A DNA stretch of 64,000 bases. It comes from Thermoplasmatota archaeon. Its GTDB lineage: Archaea; Thermoplasmatota; E2; JACPAO01; JAHFTW01. Position numbers and translations under genes: made by a program. Positions within the stretch are counted from its first letter, which is position 1. Each line of letters opens with the position of its first letter. Shown here one piece after another: positions 9,454-19,009 of the stretch. The notes under the pieces were generated by a model. It was not told where the DNA came from. It was given only the letters and a program-made list of their open reading frames with translations, and searched no databases. Where the stretch lies: assembly GCA_041601615.1 (NCBI GenBank), contig JBFIHX010000005.1, positions 32,001 through 96,000 on the forward strand, in the 5' to 3' direction.

Positions 9454-9711
9454 CTACGCCAAGAGCGAATCGAGGCCGCCGGCCGCATCCAATGCGTGCA
9501 AGTCGTCGTTGCCGCCCACATGTGTGTCGCCCACAAAGATCTGCGGCACCGTCATCCGGCCGCCACTACGCGCCACCATCTCATCGCGAGCACCATCGAC
9601 CTCTTCGATGTTGATCTCCGTGACCGAAGCTCCCTTGCGGGCAAGCAATGACTTGGCGCGGACGCAATACGGACACCATGAGGTGGTGTACATAGTGACT
9701 TGATTCATCAC
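9454..9711 (-). CDS. grxC: Glutaredoxin (Grx3-like)
   Basis: CPYC active site, TVPQIF, GG.DDL. Confidence 0.9.
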   Translation of the reverse strand: MMNQVTMYTTSWCPYCVRAKSLLARKGASVTEINIEEVDGARDEMVARSGGRMTVPQIFVGDTHVGGNDDLHALDAAGGLDSLLA

Positions 9712-9864
9712 GTCCCTTCGAGTCGCCGACTGTCATAACCTTTGGCGAGCGAGCAGAAGCAAGCAGGAAGCAAGCAGACCGCTGCACCACTGCCACCCTG
9801 CCACACAAAAACGCTGCCGGCAGAAACCCTAAGAGCCCCCGCCAAAATCGTCGGCCCGAACACC

Positions 9865-10632
9865 ATGCAGAAGGTACTCCTCCTCGCCGCTGCGCTTCTT
9901 ACCGTTGCGCTCGCCGGCTGCTCCGACGAATTGCCCACTGGCGAATTCAGCTACCAGGGCCACGCCATCGCCGTCGCAGGCACCGCAACCAACGCCTACA
10001 CCGCTTTCAACAACCCCCTCAGCGCCGGCGGCCAGAGCACCGACTGCCAACAAGACATGCTCCCGGCCGGCGTGGGCGACGACCAAAAGTGCACCCAGCC
10101 CGAGACCACGATCCAAATCGTCCTCGCGCAACTGCCCGACCCCCAAGGTAAGAGCTTCAGCGCCTTCCTCGTCGACAGCACCGGCACCGAAGCCGACAAG
10201 TTGCTCGGCACCCTCGCCGCCGGCGCCGGCGGCTCCTACGGCCTCAACTTCACCGAAGCCATGGACTACTCCACCGGCCACTCCCTCGACCGCATCGAAA
10301 TCCGCCTCGACTCCGCCAACGCCGTCGTCGTTGGCTACGCCAGCTCCAACGAAGGCAGCCAAGACTTCATGGTCAACGAAGCCACCATCACCGGCATCGA
10401 CTTCGACGCCACCTGGAAGGGCAAGGCTCTGACGCTCACCGTCAGCGGCCTCAACAGCACCTACTCCTACGAAGGCTGGCTCGTTTCCGAGGACGGCACC
10501 CACTCCGAGAACTTCCCCGTCTCCAATGGCGTAACGGAACACGACGCCGAAGCCAACATCAACACCTACAGCGCCTTCCACATCCATGTGGCCGGCACCA
10601 AGGTGAACGTTGGCGTGGCCACCATCAGCTAG
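9865..10632 (+). CDS. Hypothetical lipoprotein
   Basis: MQKVLLLAAALLTVALAGC lipobox; acidic, beta-rich sequence. Confidence 0.8.
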   Translation: MQKVLLLAAALLTVALAGCSDELPTGEFSYQGHAIAVAGTATNAYTAFNNPLSAGGQSTDCQQDMLPAGVGDDQKCTQPETTIQIVLAQLPDPQGKSFSAFLVDSTGTEADKLLGTLAAGAGGSYGLNFTEAMDYSTGHSLDRIEIRLDSANAVVVGYASSNEGSQDFMVNEATITGIDFDATWKGKALTLTVSGLNSTYSYEGWLVSEDGTHSENFPVSNGVTEHDAEANINTYSAFHIHVAGTKVNVGVATIS

Positions 10633-10644
10633 GTCGCAATCGGA

Positions 10645-10735
10645 CCCTTTTCCCTTCCCTTTCCTTTCCCTCCCGCCTTGGTTTAGGTTTCCATTTCCCC
10701 ATTTCTCGTTCCCATTTTTGCTCCCTTTCGTCCTC
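10645..10735 (+). terminator. Polypyrimidine tract, probable archaeal terminator region
   Basis: C/T-rich run directly after the stop; similar tracts at about 19800-19835, 42680-42720 and 59040-59130. Confidence 0.45.
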
Positions 10736-10860
10736 CGCGTGGCCCCCTTGCACGCAATCATGGCCAGCTCAATTAGGGGGTCTTGGTCCAAGTGGGGGCA
10801 ATGTTAGAATCTCGAACCTCGGTCGATGGCCTCAAGTCCGGTGCTTTATCCTGCCATTTG

Positions 10861-11748
10861 GTGCCAATCTACGAGGCCTGGGGGCTGAGCTTTTCCTCAT
10901 CCGAATCATTGCCCGGGATGCGGCTTGGCAAAGGCACGCCCGAGTTGACCATCCATGCCGGAGCAGTTCCCGCGTCCCTGGGCCCGGGAGCCACGGTGGG
11001 CCGCGACTTTGAAGCAACTTCCAGTGCCTACTTGTTTCGAATCCCCGAGGTGGCAGATTTTCTCGTCGAGAGAGACGCGGGAATCACCTACGCCCCTGCC
11101 CCCGGCGTCGAGGAAGGTGTCGTGGAACTGTTTCTGTTTGGCTCCGCCATGGGTGCCCTTCTACACTTGCGAGGCATTCTGCCCCTGCATGCAAGCGCCG
11201 TCGAAATCAACGGCAAAGCGGTCCTGTTTACTGGAGATTCAGGGGCCGGAAAATCGACCACGGCCTACGCCTTTGGCCTCGCAGGCTGCCCCATCCTCTC
11301 CGACGACGTGGCCGGCATCCACCTCATTGACGGCCACGCAACCGTCGTGCCCGGCTTAGAGCGCCTCAAACTCTGGAACCATGCCCTCTCGGGACTGGGC
11401 AAAGCCGAAGAGGCAAAGGAGCCCGTTCCGTCGGTTTTGGACAAATTCTTCGTCGGGCGGCCCCTGGGAGCCAGCGGTCCTGCCCCCGTAGATTGCATGT
11501 ATGTCCTCCAAAGCCGGCCAGAACCGGGAATTCTCATCGAGGACCTGCAAGGCGCCGAGAAATTCATGGCCCTGCAACGCAATGTCTACCGGCCGGCATT
11601 CATGGATGCCATCGGCAGCCACGGAGCATCCTTTGGAGTTCTTGCAACGATGGCGCAAAACCATCCCATCAAGCGACTCTCCCGACCCGAAGACGGCTTC
11701 AGCATCGACGAGGTCGTGGCTGCCGTGCGCCAGGATCTTCGCGAGTAA
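10861..11748 (+). CDS. HPr-kinase-like lasso peptide kinase
   Basis: LHASAV, GDSGAGKST P-loop, LSDD; cluster context; start uncertain (10783-10861). Confidence 0.88.
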   Translation: MPIYEAWGLSFSSSESLPGMRLGKGTPELTIHAGAVPASLGPGATVGRDFEATSSAYLFRIPEVADFLVERDAGITYAPAPGVEEGVVELFLFGSAMGALLHLRGILPLHASAVEINGKAVLFTGDSGAGKSTTAYAFGLAGCPILSDDVAGIHLIDGHATVVPGLERLKLWNHALSGLGKAEEAKEPVPSVLDKFFVGRPLGASGPAPVDCMYVLQSRPEPGILIEDLQGAEKFMALQRNVYRPAFMDAIGSHGASFGVLATMAQNHPIKRLSRPEDGFSIDEVVAAVRQDLRE

Positions 11749-11845
11749 GGATGGCGCAAGGCGTGCGTGCTGATTGTCTTGCTTGGCGCAACCGTTCCCC
11801 GCTCCCTGCGCAGGCGTTAAGCAAGGAAGCCCCACTGGGTGATTT

Positions 11846-12127
11846 GTGAGCATAATGGCTGGCACTGCTCGTCGCGCCCCCGATGTGCTGTCTGCACCCG
11901 TCGGCGACGAAGTCATCTTGTTGCACAGCCCAACGGGCCAATACTTCTCGATGGATGAAATTGGTCGCGCAATCTGGGACCGACTGGGGACGGAGCCATG
12001 CAATTTGGAGCAACTCTGCAAGGACCTGCAACGGGAATTTGACGTGGACGCGAAGACGTGCCGAAACGACGTGGAAGCGTTTCTAGAATCCCTGCACGCG
12101 GCCGATTTCATCGTGGTCGAGTCTTGA
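11846..12127 (+). CDS. PqqD-like RiPP recognition element (lasso B1)
   Basis: YFSMDEIGRAIW, EFDVD...CRNDV..FLESL. Confidence 0.9.
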   Translation: MSIMAGTARRAPDVLSAPVGDEVILLHSPTGQYFSMDEIGRAIWDRLGTEPCNLEQLCKDLQREFDVDAKTCRNDVEAFLESLHAADFIVVES

Positions 12128-12603
12128 TGGGGCCCTGGCGCCGGTACCGGCGGCTCTCCGTGGAGCGGAAGCGGCTACTGCGTCGAGCGCTCAGAGCCGT
12201 CTTGGTCGCATCGCTTCAAGTGCGCTTAGAGGGGTACCCAAAGTGCATGAGGCACCTAGGCACAGCGGGGCCTCCCACGGACCCATCCGGTCAAACCCAT
12301 GCGCAGGCACACGAGGTTCGGTGGGCCGTGCGACGTGTTCGAGACGCTCTGCCTTGGACCGTGACTTGTCTGATGGAAGCAATTGCCGCCCAGAATCTGC
12401 TTTCGGGTGTCGAATGCGTCACCATCGTGGGCGCCAAAAGGGGCTCAAAACTGGAGATCCATGCTTGGCTCATACAGGGAACGCTGCAAGTGACGGGTTG
12501 GCCCATTCAAGCTGAATTTGCGCCCATTGCTGCCTATCGATGGCAACGAGCTGGCGCCGCGACGGACGGCCCGAGCCGCCAAAACGGGGGCGTCAAGCAA
12601 TGA
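12127..12603 (+). CDS. Lasso leader peptidase B2 (transglutaminase-like)
   Basis: TCL catalytic Cys and IHAW; ATG overlaps the B1 stop. Confidence 0.88.
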   Translation: MGPWRRYRRLSVERKRLLRRALRAVLVASLQVRLEGYPKCMRHLGTAGPPTDPSGQTHAQAHEVRWAVRRVRDALPWTVTCLMEAIAAQNLLSGVECVTIVGAKRGSKLEIHAWLIQGTLQVTGWPIQAEFAPIAAYRWQRAGAATDGPSRQNGGVKQ

Positions 12604-13247
12604 AATTCACCATTCGACCGGCCGTGGCCGAGGACATTCCCGACATCGCAGCCCTCTCTCGGGCAACGCTTCCGTACTTGTCGAGCAATCAGAAGGGGGT
12701 CGAATCCTCGGAAAGCGCCCACTGCCGCATCCTGAAAACCCCGGGAAGCATTGTCCTCGTCGCGGAAACGGACGGGACCATCACGGGTTTCATGGCCGGC
12801 TATGGTTCACGCGCAAGCCAAGTTGCGGCCTATGGCGAGGCTCAACCGCCTCCGCTAAGCTTGCCTCCAGCGCTCTCGGCACGCCCCTTGGCCTTCGCAA
12901 AATACTGGAAACGGCGACTCCAGACGCGCTTGCGTCGGATTCGACATCGAACGTGCGCGCACATCTGCGAGGCGGCAGTAGATCCGTCGGTGCGCGGGGG
13001 CAGAACCAGCATCGCCCTTTTTCATGCTTGGAAGGATAAGGCCTGGCAACAAGGCAGTCGGGGCATTCATTGTCGCTGCATCGAAAGCAAGGCCCCGGGA
13101 GCCTTCCACATTTTGTTGCACCTCGGCTTTGTGGTGCAAGGCGTGCGCCATCTGGGCGACTCTGAGTTGACGACGCTTACATTGCATCGTGATCCCAGAG
13201 CGAAATCCACTCCGCCAAGGCGAAAAGAAGGTGTGGGTAGAGAATAA
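12600..13247 (+). CDS. GNAT-family acetyltransferase
   Basis: IRPA..EDI, LVAETDG.I.GF, AVDPSVRGG; ATGA overlap with B2. Confidence 0.75.
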   Translation: MKFTIRPAVAEDIPDIAALSRATLPYLSSNQKGVESSESAHCRILKTPGSIVLVAETDGTITGFMAGYGSRASQVAAYGEAQPPPLSLPPALSARPLAFAKYWKRRLQTRLRRIRHRTCAHICEAAVDPSVRGGRTSIALFHAWKDKAWQQGSRGIHCRCIESKAPGAFHILLHLGFVVQGVRHLGDSELTTLTLHRDPRAKSTPPRRKEGVGRE

Positions 13248-13264
13248 AGTGCTTTAAGCACTTT
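13246..13264. terminator. Perfect palindrome between convergent transcription units
   Basis: AAAGTGCTT-T-AAGCACTTT. Confidence 0.45.
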
Positions 13265-13328
13265 CAAGGAGTCTGAAACGTCACATTGTTGGTGGTTTCA
13301 TGGTGGGTCTGAGACAATCCTCCACAAA

Positions 13329-13448
13329 TTAGGAGGGGGTGTACTTGTAGGTGCCTTCCACATCTGGGTCAGCGCCACCAAGCGGCGCAAGCTTACCCTC
13401 CATTCGAAGTTGCGGGGCTTTCCAGGGTCGGTTTTGGATTGGATCCAT
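13329..13448 (-). CDS. Lasso peptide precursor A (39 aa, not in ORF track)
   Basis: MDPIQNRPWKAPQLRMEGKLAPL-GGADPDVEGTYKYTPS: WxxPxL leader motif, Gly1, Glu8, C-terminal Ser; starts 25 nt after the cyclase stop. Confidence 0.85.
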   Translation of the reverse strand: MDPIQNRPWKAPQLRMEGKLAPLGGADPDVEGTYKYTPS

Positions 13449-13472
13449 ACTATGGCTAATATGGATGCTCTT

Positions 13473-15341
13473 TTAGCTGTTGTTTTCGCCGCGAGGGGTA
13501 TCGCGGTCCAGCCAATCCAGCATGCGAGCAACCCGCGTGAGGTTCAACAAACTGCCCGCAACCCTAGGACCGTTGCCTTCTGGGATGCTGCCATCTTCGT
13601 TCCATTGCTCCCGGATCGACTGCCATGCCTGCACCAACGCGTCCACATCCACATAACTCCCCACTAGGCCATGGCGCGGCAGCTCGTCAACGATGGATTG
13701 AATTCTTGCAATCGCCTGCAGAAAATAGCCAGCCACCCAAGGGTTGGGCATTTGTTTGTCCGTGCGCCATTGAATGGACTCCGGCAAAATGTCCTGCATA
13801 GCCGTTCGAAAAAGACCCCTCCCAATGCCCCGGATCAACTGGTATTCCAAGGGCACCGCAAGTGCAAATTCGACCAGCCGTCGATCCATCATCGGATACC
13901 GAAACTCCACGCCATGGTACGCTGCCGAACCAGAATCCGTAACCGCTCGCGCGCCGCAATGACCATCGTCAAGCTGTTTTCGCCGCAAGTCCCCCCCAGC
14001 ACTTTTTCCATACACCCGAGGGGCGGCATCTACGCGAGAACGAGCCCGGAACTCCTTGTCCACGAGCGCCTGAATCGAAGGCCAGCCATCAGGAATGATC
14101 TCGGCACGAGGCCTCGCGGCACGAACAATACGCACCAGGGTCCGCCACAAGGGAACGCCGGTGGCAAGAGACCGTTGTCGGGCAAACCGGACGACTCGAA
14201 TCCATCGACCCTTGCGCACCCATGAATGAACCAAGCCGCGTGCATGGGATGATGCAAATTCATCGCCCCCGTATCCCGACAGCAGCACCGTACAGCCATC
14301 CTGTGCCGCCAATTTTGCCGGTCCCTCTGCCATGAATCCTATTTCCTGCTCCGCTGCCAGCGGGGATCTGCCATGGTCCTCAAAAATCATACTTGCGGGC
14401 GACGAAACGGGAGAAAACTGGATGTTGCCCGCCTTGACCACGGTCTCCATGTGCCGGCGCTCGTCGACCCCATTGGGATCGTGGTCATCTGGCAGCACCA
14501 ACCCATAGGCCCGCAGCGGATTATCCGCCTCCCGTTCGCGAGCCGCAAGTAAGGCGATGGCGCTCGAATCGATGCCGCCGCTCAATTGCGTCGCAACACC
14601 TGGACCGGATCGGCACAACACCGCCTCGACCATCAGTTCCCGAAGCCTCGCTTCGCACGCGGACCTGGTTCGATAGGCGCTTGCCGCCTTAGGATTGGGT
14701 CGCCAATACGTCCGTGGCTCTTCCCCGCCGCCTGGGCCGATTTCTACGTCCTGCGCCTGCCGCAATGCCTGTACGCCGTCAAGGGGGTGAATGTCGACGA
14801 AGGAGCCTTCCGTGCGCAATCGACTCGCCATCCAAGCCTCCGAAATGCGTTTTGGCACTCCTTCCAGAAAGCAAAACGCATTCATTTCGGTCGCAGCCAT
14901 CACGCCCCCGGGTACCAGGGCAAAATAGACGGGCCGCACCCCGATGGCGTCCCGCGCCATCCACAGCACTTTGCGCGTGGAATCCCACAGGGCAATGGCA
15001 AACTCTCCGATGAGGCGCTTTGCAGCGTCTCGGCCCCATCGCTGGTAGGCGTGTAGCACCAATTCGTGGTCGTTTGGTTGCTCTTGCAGGCCTAGTTGCG
15101 CCGCCACTTCGCTGCGGTTGTCGATCCGGATGTCTCCGGTCACCGACAACGGGCCAAGGGATGCAATCTGCGGCTTCCTCATGCCGTATGGAGGCACCGT
15201 GGCATGGAACCCCAGAAACACGCCCGCATGGTTTGTACTCGTGGACCAAGGTCGCCCGCCGGCATGGTGCGCCATGGACTGGAACGCCGGGACTGGATCA
15301 ATCTCTGTGGATGACGGCACCCAGGCCAGAAACGAACTCAT
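13473..15341 (-). CDS. Lasso cyclase C (asparagine synthetase-like)
   Basis: RIDNR, GEFAIALWD, RDAIGVRP, LSGGIDSS, SGYGGDE; N-terminal Ser instead of the glutaminase Cys. Confidence 0.9.
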   Translation of the reverse strand: MSSFLAWVPSSTEIDPVPAFQSMAHHAGGRPWSTSTNHAGVFLGFHATVPPYGMRKPQIASLGPLSVTGDIRIDNRSEVAAQLGLQEQPNDHELVLHAYQRWGRDAAKRLIGEFAIALWDSTRKVLWMARDAIGVRPVYFALVPGGVMAATEMNAFCFLEGVPKRISEAWMASRLRTEGSFVDIHPLDGVQALRQAQDVEIGPGGGEEPRTYWRPNPKAASAYRTRSACEARLRELMVEAVLCRSGPGVATQLSGGIDSSAIALLAAREREADNPLRAYGLVLPDDHDPNGVDERRHMETVVKAGNIQFSPVSSPASMIFEDHGRSPLAAEQEIGFMAEGPAKLAAQDGCTVLLSGYGGDEFASSHARGLVHSWVRKGRWIRVVRFARQRSLATGVPLWRTLVRIVRAARPRAEIIPDGWPSIQALVDKEFRARSRVDAAPRVYGKSAGGDLRRKQLDDGHCGARAVTDSGSAAYHGVEFRYPMMDRRLVEFALAVPLEYQLIRGIGRGLFRTAMQDILPESIQWRTDKQMPNPWVAGYFLQAIARIQSIVDELPRHGLVGSYVDVDALVQAWQSIREQWNEDGSIPEGNGPRVAGSLLNLTRVARMLDWLDRDTPRGENNS

Positions 15342-15519
15342 GCCAACGCGATGTCCCAATGCAGGCCCTTAAGCAAATCGATAGGCGGCGCATTGCAACT
15401 CAGCATGAGGACTGGGACCTTGCAAGGAAATTCAAGCAGGCCCGCACGCCCACACGCACCGCCCCGTACCTGCCCCAACGAACGCACAGTGGTTCTGCGT
15501 GCCCGCCAGAGCAAGCGCG

Positions 15520-17202
15520 CTACGCCTCGGAATTTGGTTCTGGGTCGTAGATTTGGCCATCGCGCAATGCAACGACGCGATCCACGCTGCGAACCGTCGA
15601 ATCCCGATGCGACACAACGACCACCGTCACGCCCGACAAGGAATGCAAAATCTCCTGGAACGCTTCCTCGCCCTCTTGATCCCAGTTGCTGGTCGGTTCA
15701 TCCAACACGAGCAAGCGAGGCCGCCGCGCCAGCGCCATGGCCAATGCAATTCGTTGGGCCTGGCCACCGGAAAGTGCTTGGGCGTGCTGGCCCAACTCAG
15801 TGTCAAGGCCCTGGCGCGTCGCAAGAAAATCGCAGCCCGCTCGGTCCAGTGCCTCTTGAAAATCCTGGTCCGTTGCCTGCGGGGCCCCCCAGGCCATGTT
15901 GGTGCGCACGGTGCCGGCAAGAAACACCGGTTGCTGCGGCACGAGCGCAATAGACTGGCGCCACGCGGCACGGTCCGTCAAGGTGTGGCCATCGATCTCC
16001 ACATGGCCCGCGTCGGGCTGCACTAGGCCCAGCAGCACCTCAATGAGCGTAGTTTTGCCCGCCCCATTTGGGCCCGTGATGGCGATTTTTTCACCCCGTT
16101 CAAGGACCAAATGGACGCCCTGCAAGGCCCGGACCTCGCCATAGTGCACATGGACATCTAGCAAGCGAATCTGTTGCTCGAACCGCGGTGCCTCCCCGTC
16201 GGCCACGACTTCGGCGGCATTCTTGGCCAGCATCCATGTGTCTTGCAAGCTGTGCCAAGCAGGAGTCACGGCGATATGGGCCTGGTAATGCTGGTGGCTT
16301 TGCTTGATGCGCGGCAAAATGCGGGCAAACAAGTACAGCAACAACAGAAACGCACCCAATTCCATGGCAAACGGTACCAACGCTAGGTAGGTAGTCGTCG
16401 CCAGCGCAAGCACCGCAATCGTGTCAAAGAGAAACCTGGACGTGGAGCGAACGCGAATCGACTGGACCTGCGTCGTCAAAATCTGCGGGTCGTGACCAAA
16501 CGGATGCGTCCCGTAAAACCGCGCTTGCCGGCTTCCCGCCAACCACTGCTCCGTCGCCTCATGCATCCCCACCATTCGCTCGGCCATCTCAACACCAATG
16601 GCCGCCGAACGACGTGTCCACGGCCGCAAGACCCCAATGGCCAGCACGGCAATCGCAAGCACAATCGCAGTCAAAGCCGGCGCAACGCGGAACGCCAATG
16701 CAATTTGAGCCACCAAGACAACAAGCCCCGACGCCAACGTCAGCAGCAAAAACGTCGCGGCACCTGTGCGGTCCGCCTCCGTCGTCAAGGCATTCGTGAT
16801 GGAGCCACGAGACAGCGCTTGCAACTGGCGCCACTCCATGCGGTCCAAATCGTTGCGAAGCTCAGCCCGGATTTGATCCACAAGATGATGTTGCAACGTC
16901 AACGCTACCCGAGCATGCACCCAAGCAAGGCCCGCCAGCGTCACTTGGAGAAACACAAACAGTCCCAGCGCCGCAAGCAAACCGGGCTTCAAGCCCACCC
17001 AATCCAACACCCGCACAAACGCGGCAGACACAGGGGCCAGTCCCGATCCCGTATCGATGCCGACGGTGCTGAGCAACGGAATGAGCGACAGAAGCGACGC
17101 GCCCTCCACCAAGCCCATGGCGACAAGCAACACGAAAGAAGCCAAGGTCCGTCCAGGAACGAGCCTCCACAACTCGGCCAAAAGCGAGCGACGGTCCACC
17201 AC
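15520..17202 (-). CDS. ABC exporter, fused permease/ATPase (lasso D-like)
   Basis: TM domain plus GPNGAGKT, LSGGQ, LVLDEPT, SH. Confidence 0.92.
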   Translation of the reverse strand: MVDRRSLLAELWRLVPGRTLASFVLLVAMGLVEGASLLSLIPLLSTVGIDTGSGLAPVSAAFVRVLDWVGLKPGLLAALGLFVFLQVTLAGLAWVHARVALTLQHHLVDQIRAELRNDLDRMEWRQLQALSRGSITNALTTEADRTGAATFLLLTLASGLVVLVAQIALAFRVAPALTAIVLAIAVLAIGVLRPWTRRSAAIGVEMAERMVGMHEATEQWLAGSRQARFYGTHPFGHDPQILTTQVQSIRVRSTSRFLFDTIAVLALATTTYLALVPFAMELGAFLLLLYLFARILPRIKQSHQHYQAHIAVTPAWHSLQDTWMLAKNAAEVVADGEAPRFEQQIRLLDVHVHYGEVRALQGVHLVLERGEKIAITGPNGAGKTTLIEVLLGLVQPDAGHVEIDGHTLTDRAAWRQSIALVPQQPVFLAGTVRTNMAWGAPQATDQDFQEALDRAGCDFLATRQGLDTELGQHAQALSGGQAQRIALAMALARRPRLLVLDEPTSNWDQEGEEAFQEILHSLSGVTVVVVSHRDSTVRSVDRVVALRDGQIYDPEPNSEA

Positions 17203-17225
17203 GCGCTGGCACCGAGTCTCGTTGT

Positions 17226-18323
17226 TTAGTCCCTCGGACCCTGATTCCTGCCCGTCCGCATCAACTTGCGCACAAGGCGCAGCACAGAGGAGCCATGCGC
17301 CGAGCTGCTGGAATCAGCAATGGCATCGTCCAAACTAGGCACCATGACTCGGTTCCACGCATACCGAAACTGCTTGCCCGGCCGAATCCAAGCCTGGTAC
17401 GCAAAATCCGTGGTGTTGCGCCACGGAAACGCAGACTCTTCCAGCCAGCCCGCACGAATTCGACGAGCCCATCGCCGAACCGAACGGGAATCCGCACGCC
17501 AGGCCACCGGCGACGAGCCCGGCTCCAGCACCTCCAAACACGCGGCAGTCAACGCCAAAATACGACGCGGTACCACCACGTGCTCCGCGTCCTCTGGCCA
17601 CATCTTGGTCCATTGCAAAATGTCACTCAGCCACAATAGCCTACGAAACGCCGATCCAGCCCCATGCAACACGAGATGAGACAACGCCGCCGAGCCCTGG
17701 GCCACTTGAATCGAGTGCCCCAGCAACTGCACGGAGGCAGCCGAGGAGAACACATTCGGCTCCTCCAGCAAAAAATTCCTCGTAAACAGCGACCAATGAA
17801 CCTCTACCAGCACCGGGCCCCGCCGGACCGCAAACGCATTCGATCCCAACCGAACCCGAGGATCATCCAACCGCAGATCATGCACGGCTTCGAACCCGCC
17901 CGCCGCGAGCGCCAAAATCGCCGCCTCCACTTGTTCCGGTCGCACAAGCACATCCACGTCATGGCATGCCCGCCGCGTCGGGTCCGCGTACAAGAGCTGC
18001 GACAGCGCCGGCCCTTTCACAAAGACATGTGGGACACCCTCCAACAACGCAGCGACCTGAGAAACCGCCGCCGCCATCGCCAACGCCGTGCGAGTCCCCT
18101 CCCAATCCACATGCGCATCCAACCGATGCTTGCCCAGCGTAGCCTCGGCGTCCCTCGCCTCCAACCACGCTCGACAAACCTCAAGACCACCCACCACAAC
18201 ACGGGCACAACCCGAGACAGAAATGGCTTTGCGCACCCAGGAACACGAAGCAAAGCCGTCGTCGCAAGCGGCCGCCTCGTTGGCAAAACCCGCCACGAAG
18301 CTCGCCAAACCGTCCACAGCCAC
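17226..18323 (-). CDS. Nucleotidyltransferase (NTP_transf_5-like)
   Basis: KGPAL...Y...R...DVDVLV, VEVHW, WLSDI; start uncertain. Confidence 0.85.
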   Translation of the reverse strand: MAVDGLASFVAGFANEAAACDDGFASCSWVRKAISVSGCARVVVGGLEVCRAWLEARDAEATLGKHRLDAHVDWEGTRTALAMAAAVSQVAALLEGVPHVFVKGPALSQLLYADPTRRACHDVDVLVRPEQVEAAILALAAGGFEAVHDLRLDDPRVRLGSNAFAVRRGPVLVEVHWSLFTRNFLLEEPNVFSSAASVQLLGHSIQVAQGSAALSHLVLHGAGSAFRRLLWLSDILQWTKMWPEDAEHVVVPRRILALTAACLEVLEPGSSPVAWRADSRSVRRWARRIRAGWLEESAFPWRNTTDFAYQAWIRPGKQFRYAWNRVMVPSLDDAIADSSSSAHGSSVLRLVRKLMRTGRNQGPRD

Positions 18324-18575
18324 CCAGAGACATCAGGAACACGGGCCCAGCGGCATCATGGCAACCTCCTATGGGGGCAGAGGTGGGCCTGCGCTCGCCC
18401 CCCTCGACTCAGCTGTTTGGTGCCCCAACTCTCATATACGCGACCCTTGTCGCGCGGATTGCATCGTCCAGCCTAACAAGGCCCGGCTTCACAGCCGGCG
18501 GGGACCGGAACGCTTGGCGGCTGGCCCGGAACCCTGGGAAAGAAGCGAAACCCTACCTACACAGGAGAAACATCC

Positions 18576-19004
18576 ATGGCAACGGGAATCAACGCCGCCA
18601 GGAAGCTGAAGAACGACCGGCAAAAGTTCCGCTGGTCGGACCGCTACTACAAGCGCCGCGAACTGCGCCTCAAGGAGAAAGCCGACCCGCTCGGTGGCAT
18701 CCCTCAGGCCCGCGGCATCGTCGTCGAAAAGGTCGGCATCGAGGCCAAGCAGCCCAACTCTGCCATCCGCAAGTGCGTGAAGGTGCAGTTGATCCGCAAT
18801 GGCCGCCAGATCACCGCATTCGCGGTCGGCGACGGCGCAATCAACTACATCGACGAACACGACGAAGTGCTCGTTGAGGGTATCGGCGGCCGCATGGGCC
18901 GTTCGTACGGTGACATTCCTGGTGTCCGCTACAAGGTCATCAAGGTCAACAACACCTCCCTCGACATGCTTGTCAAGGGCAAGATCGAAAAGCCGATGCG
19001 GTGA
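18576..19004 (+). CDS. rpsL: Ribosomal protein uS12 (archaeal)
   Basis: [27 protein letters not shown]. Confidence 0.99.
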   Translation: MATGINAARKLKNDRQKFRWSDRYYKRRELRLKEKADPLGGIPQARGIVVEKVGIEAKQPNSAIRKCVKVQLIRNGRQITAFAVGDGAINYIDEHDEVLVEGIGGRMGRSYGDIPGVRYKVIKVNNTSLDMLVKGKIEKPMR

Positions 19005-19009
19005 TCACG

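Noticed and set aside
13298-13531. 77-aa ORF-track ORF as the lasso precursor
   Set aside because: It overlaps the cyclase end and lacks a convincing core; the 39-aa ORF in another frame fits leader and core rules.
18430-18575. Structured leader RNA upstream of rpsL
   Set aside because: GC-rich pairing is possible but no recognisable family or strong stem; unsupported without comparative data.
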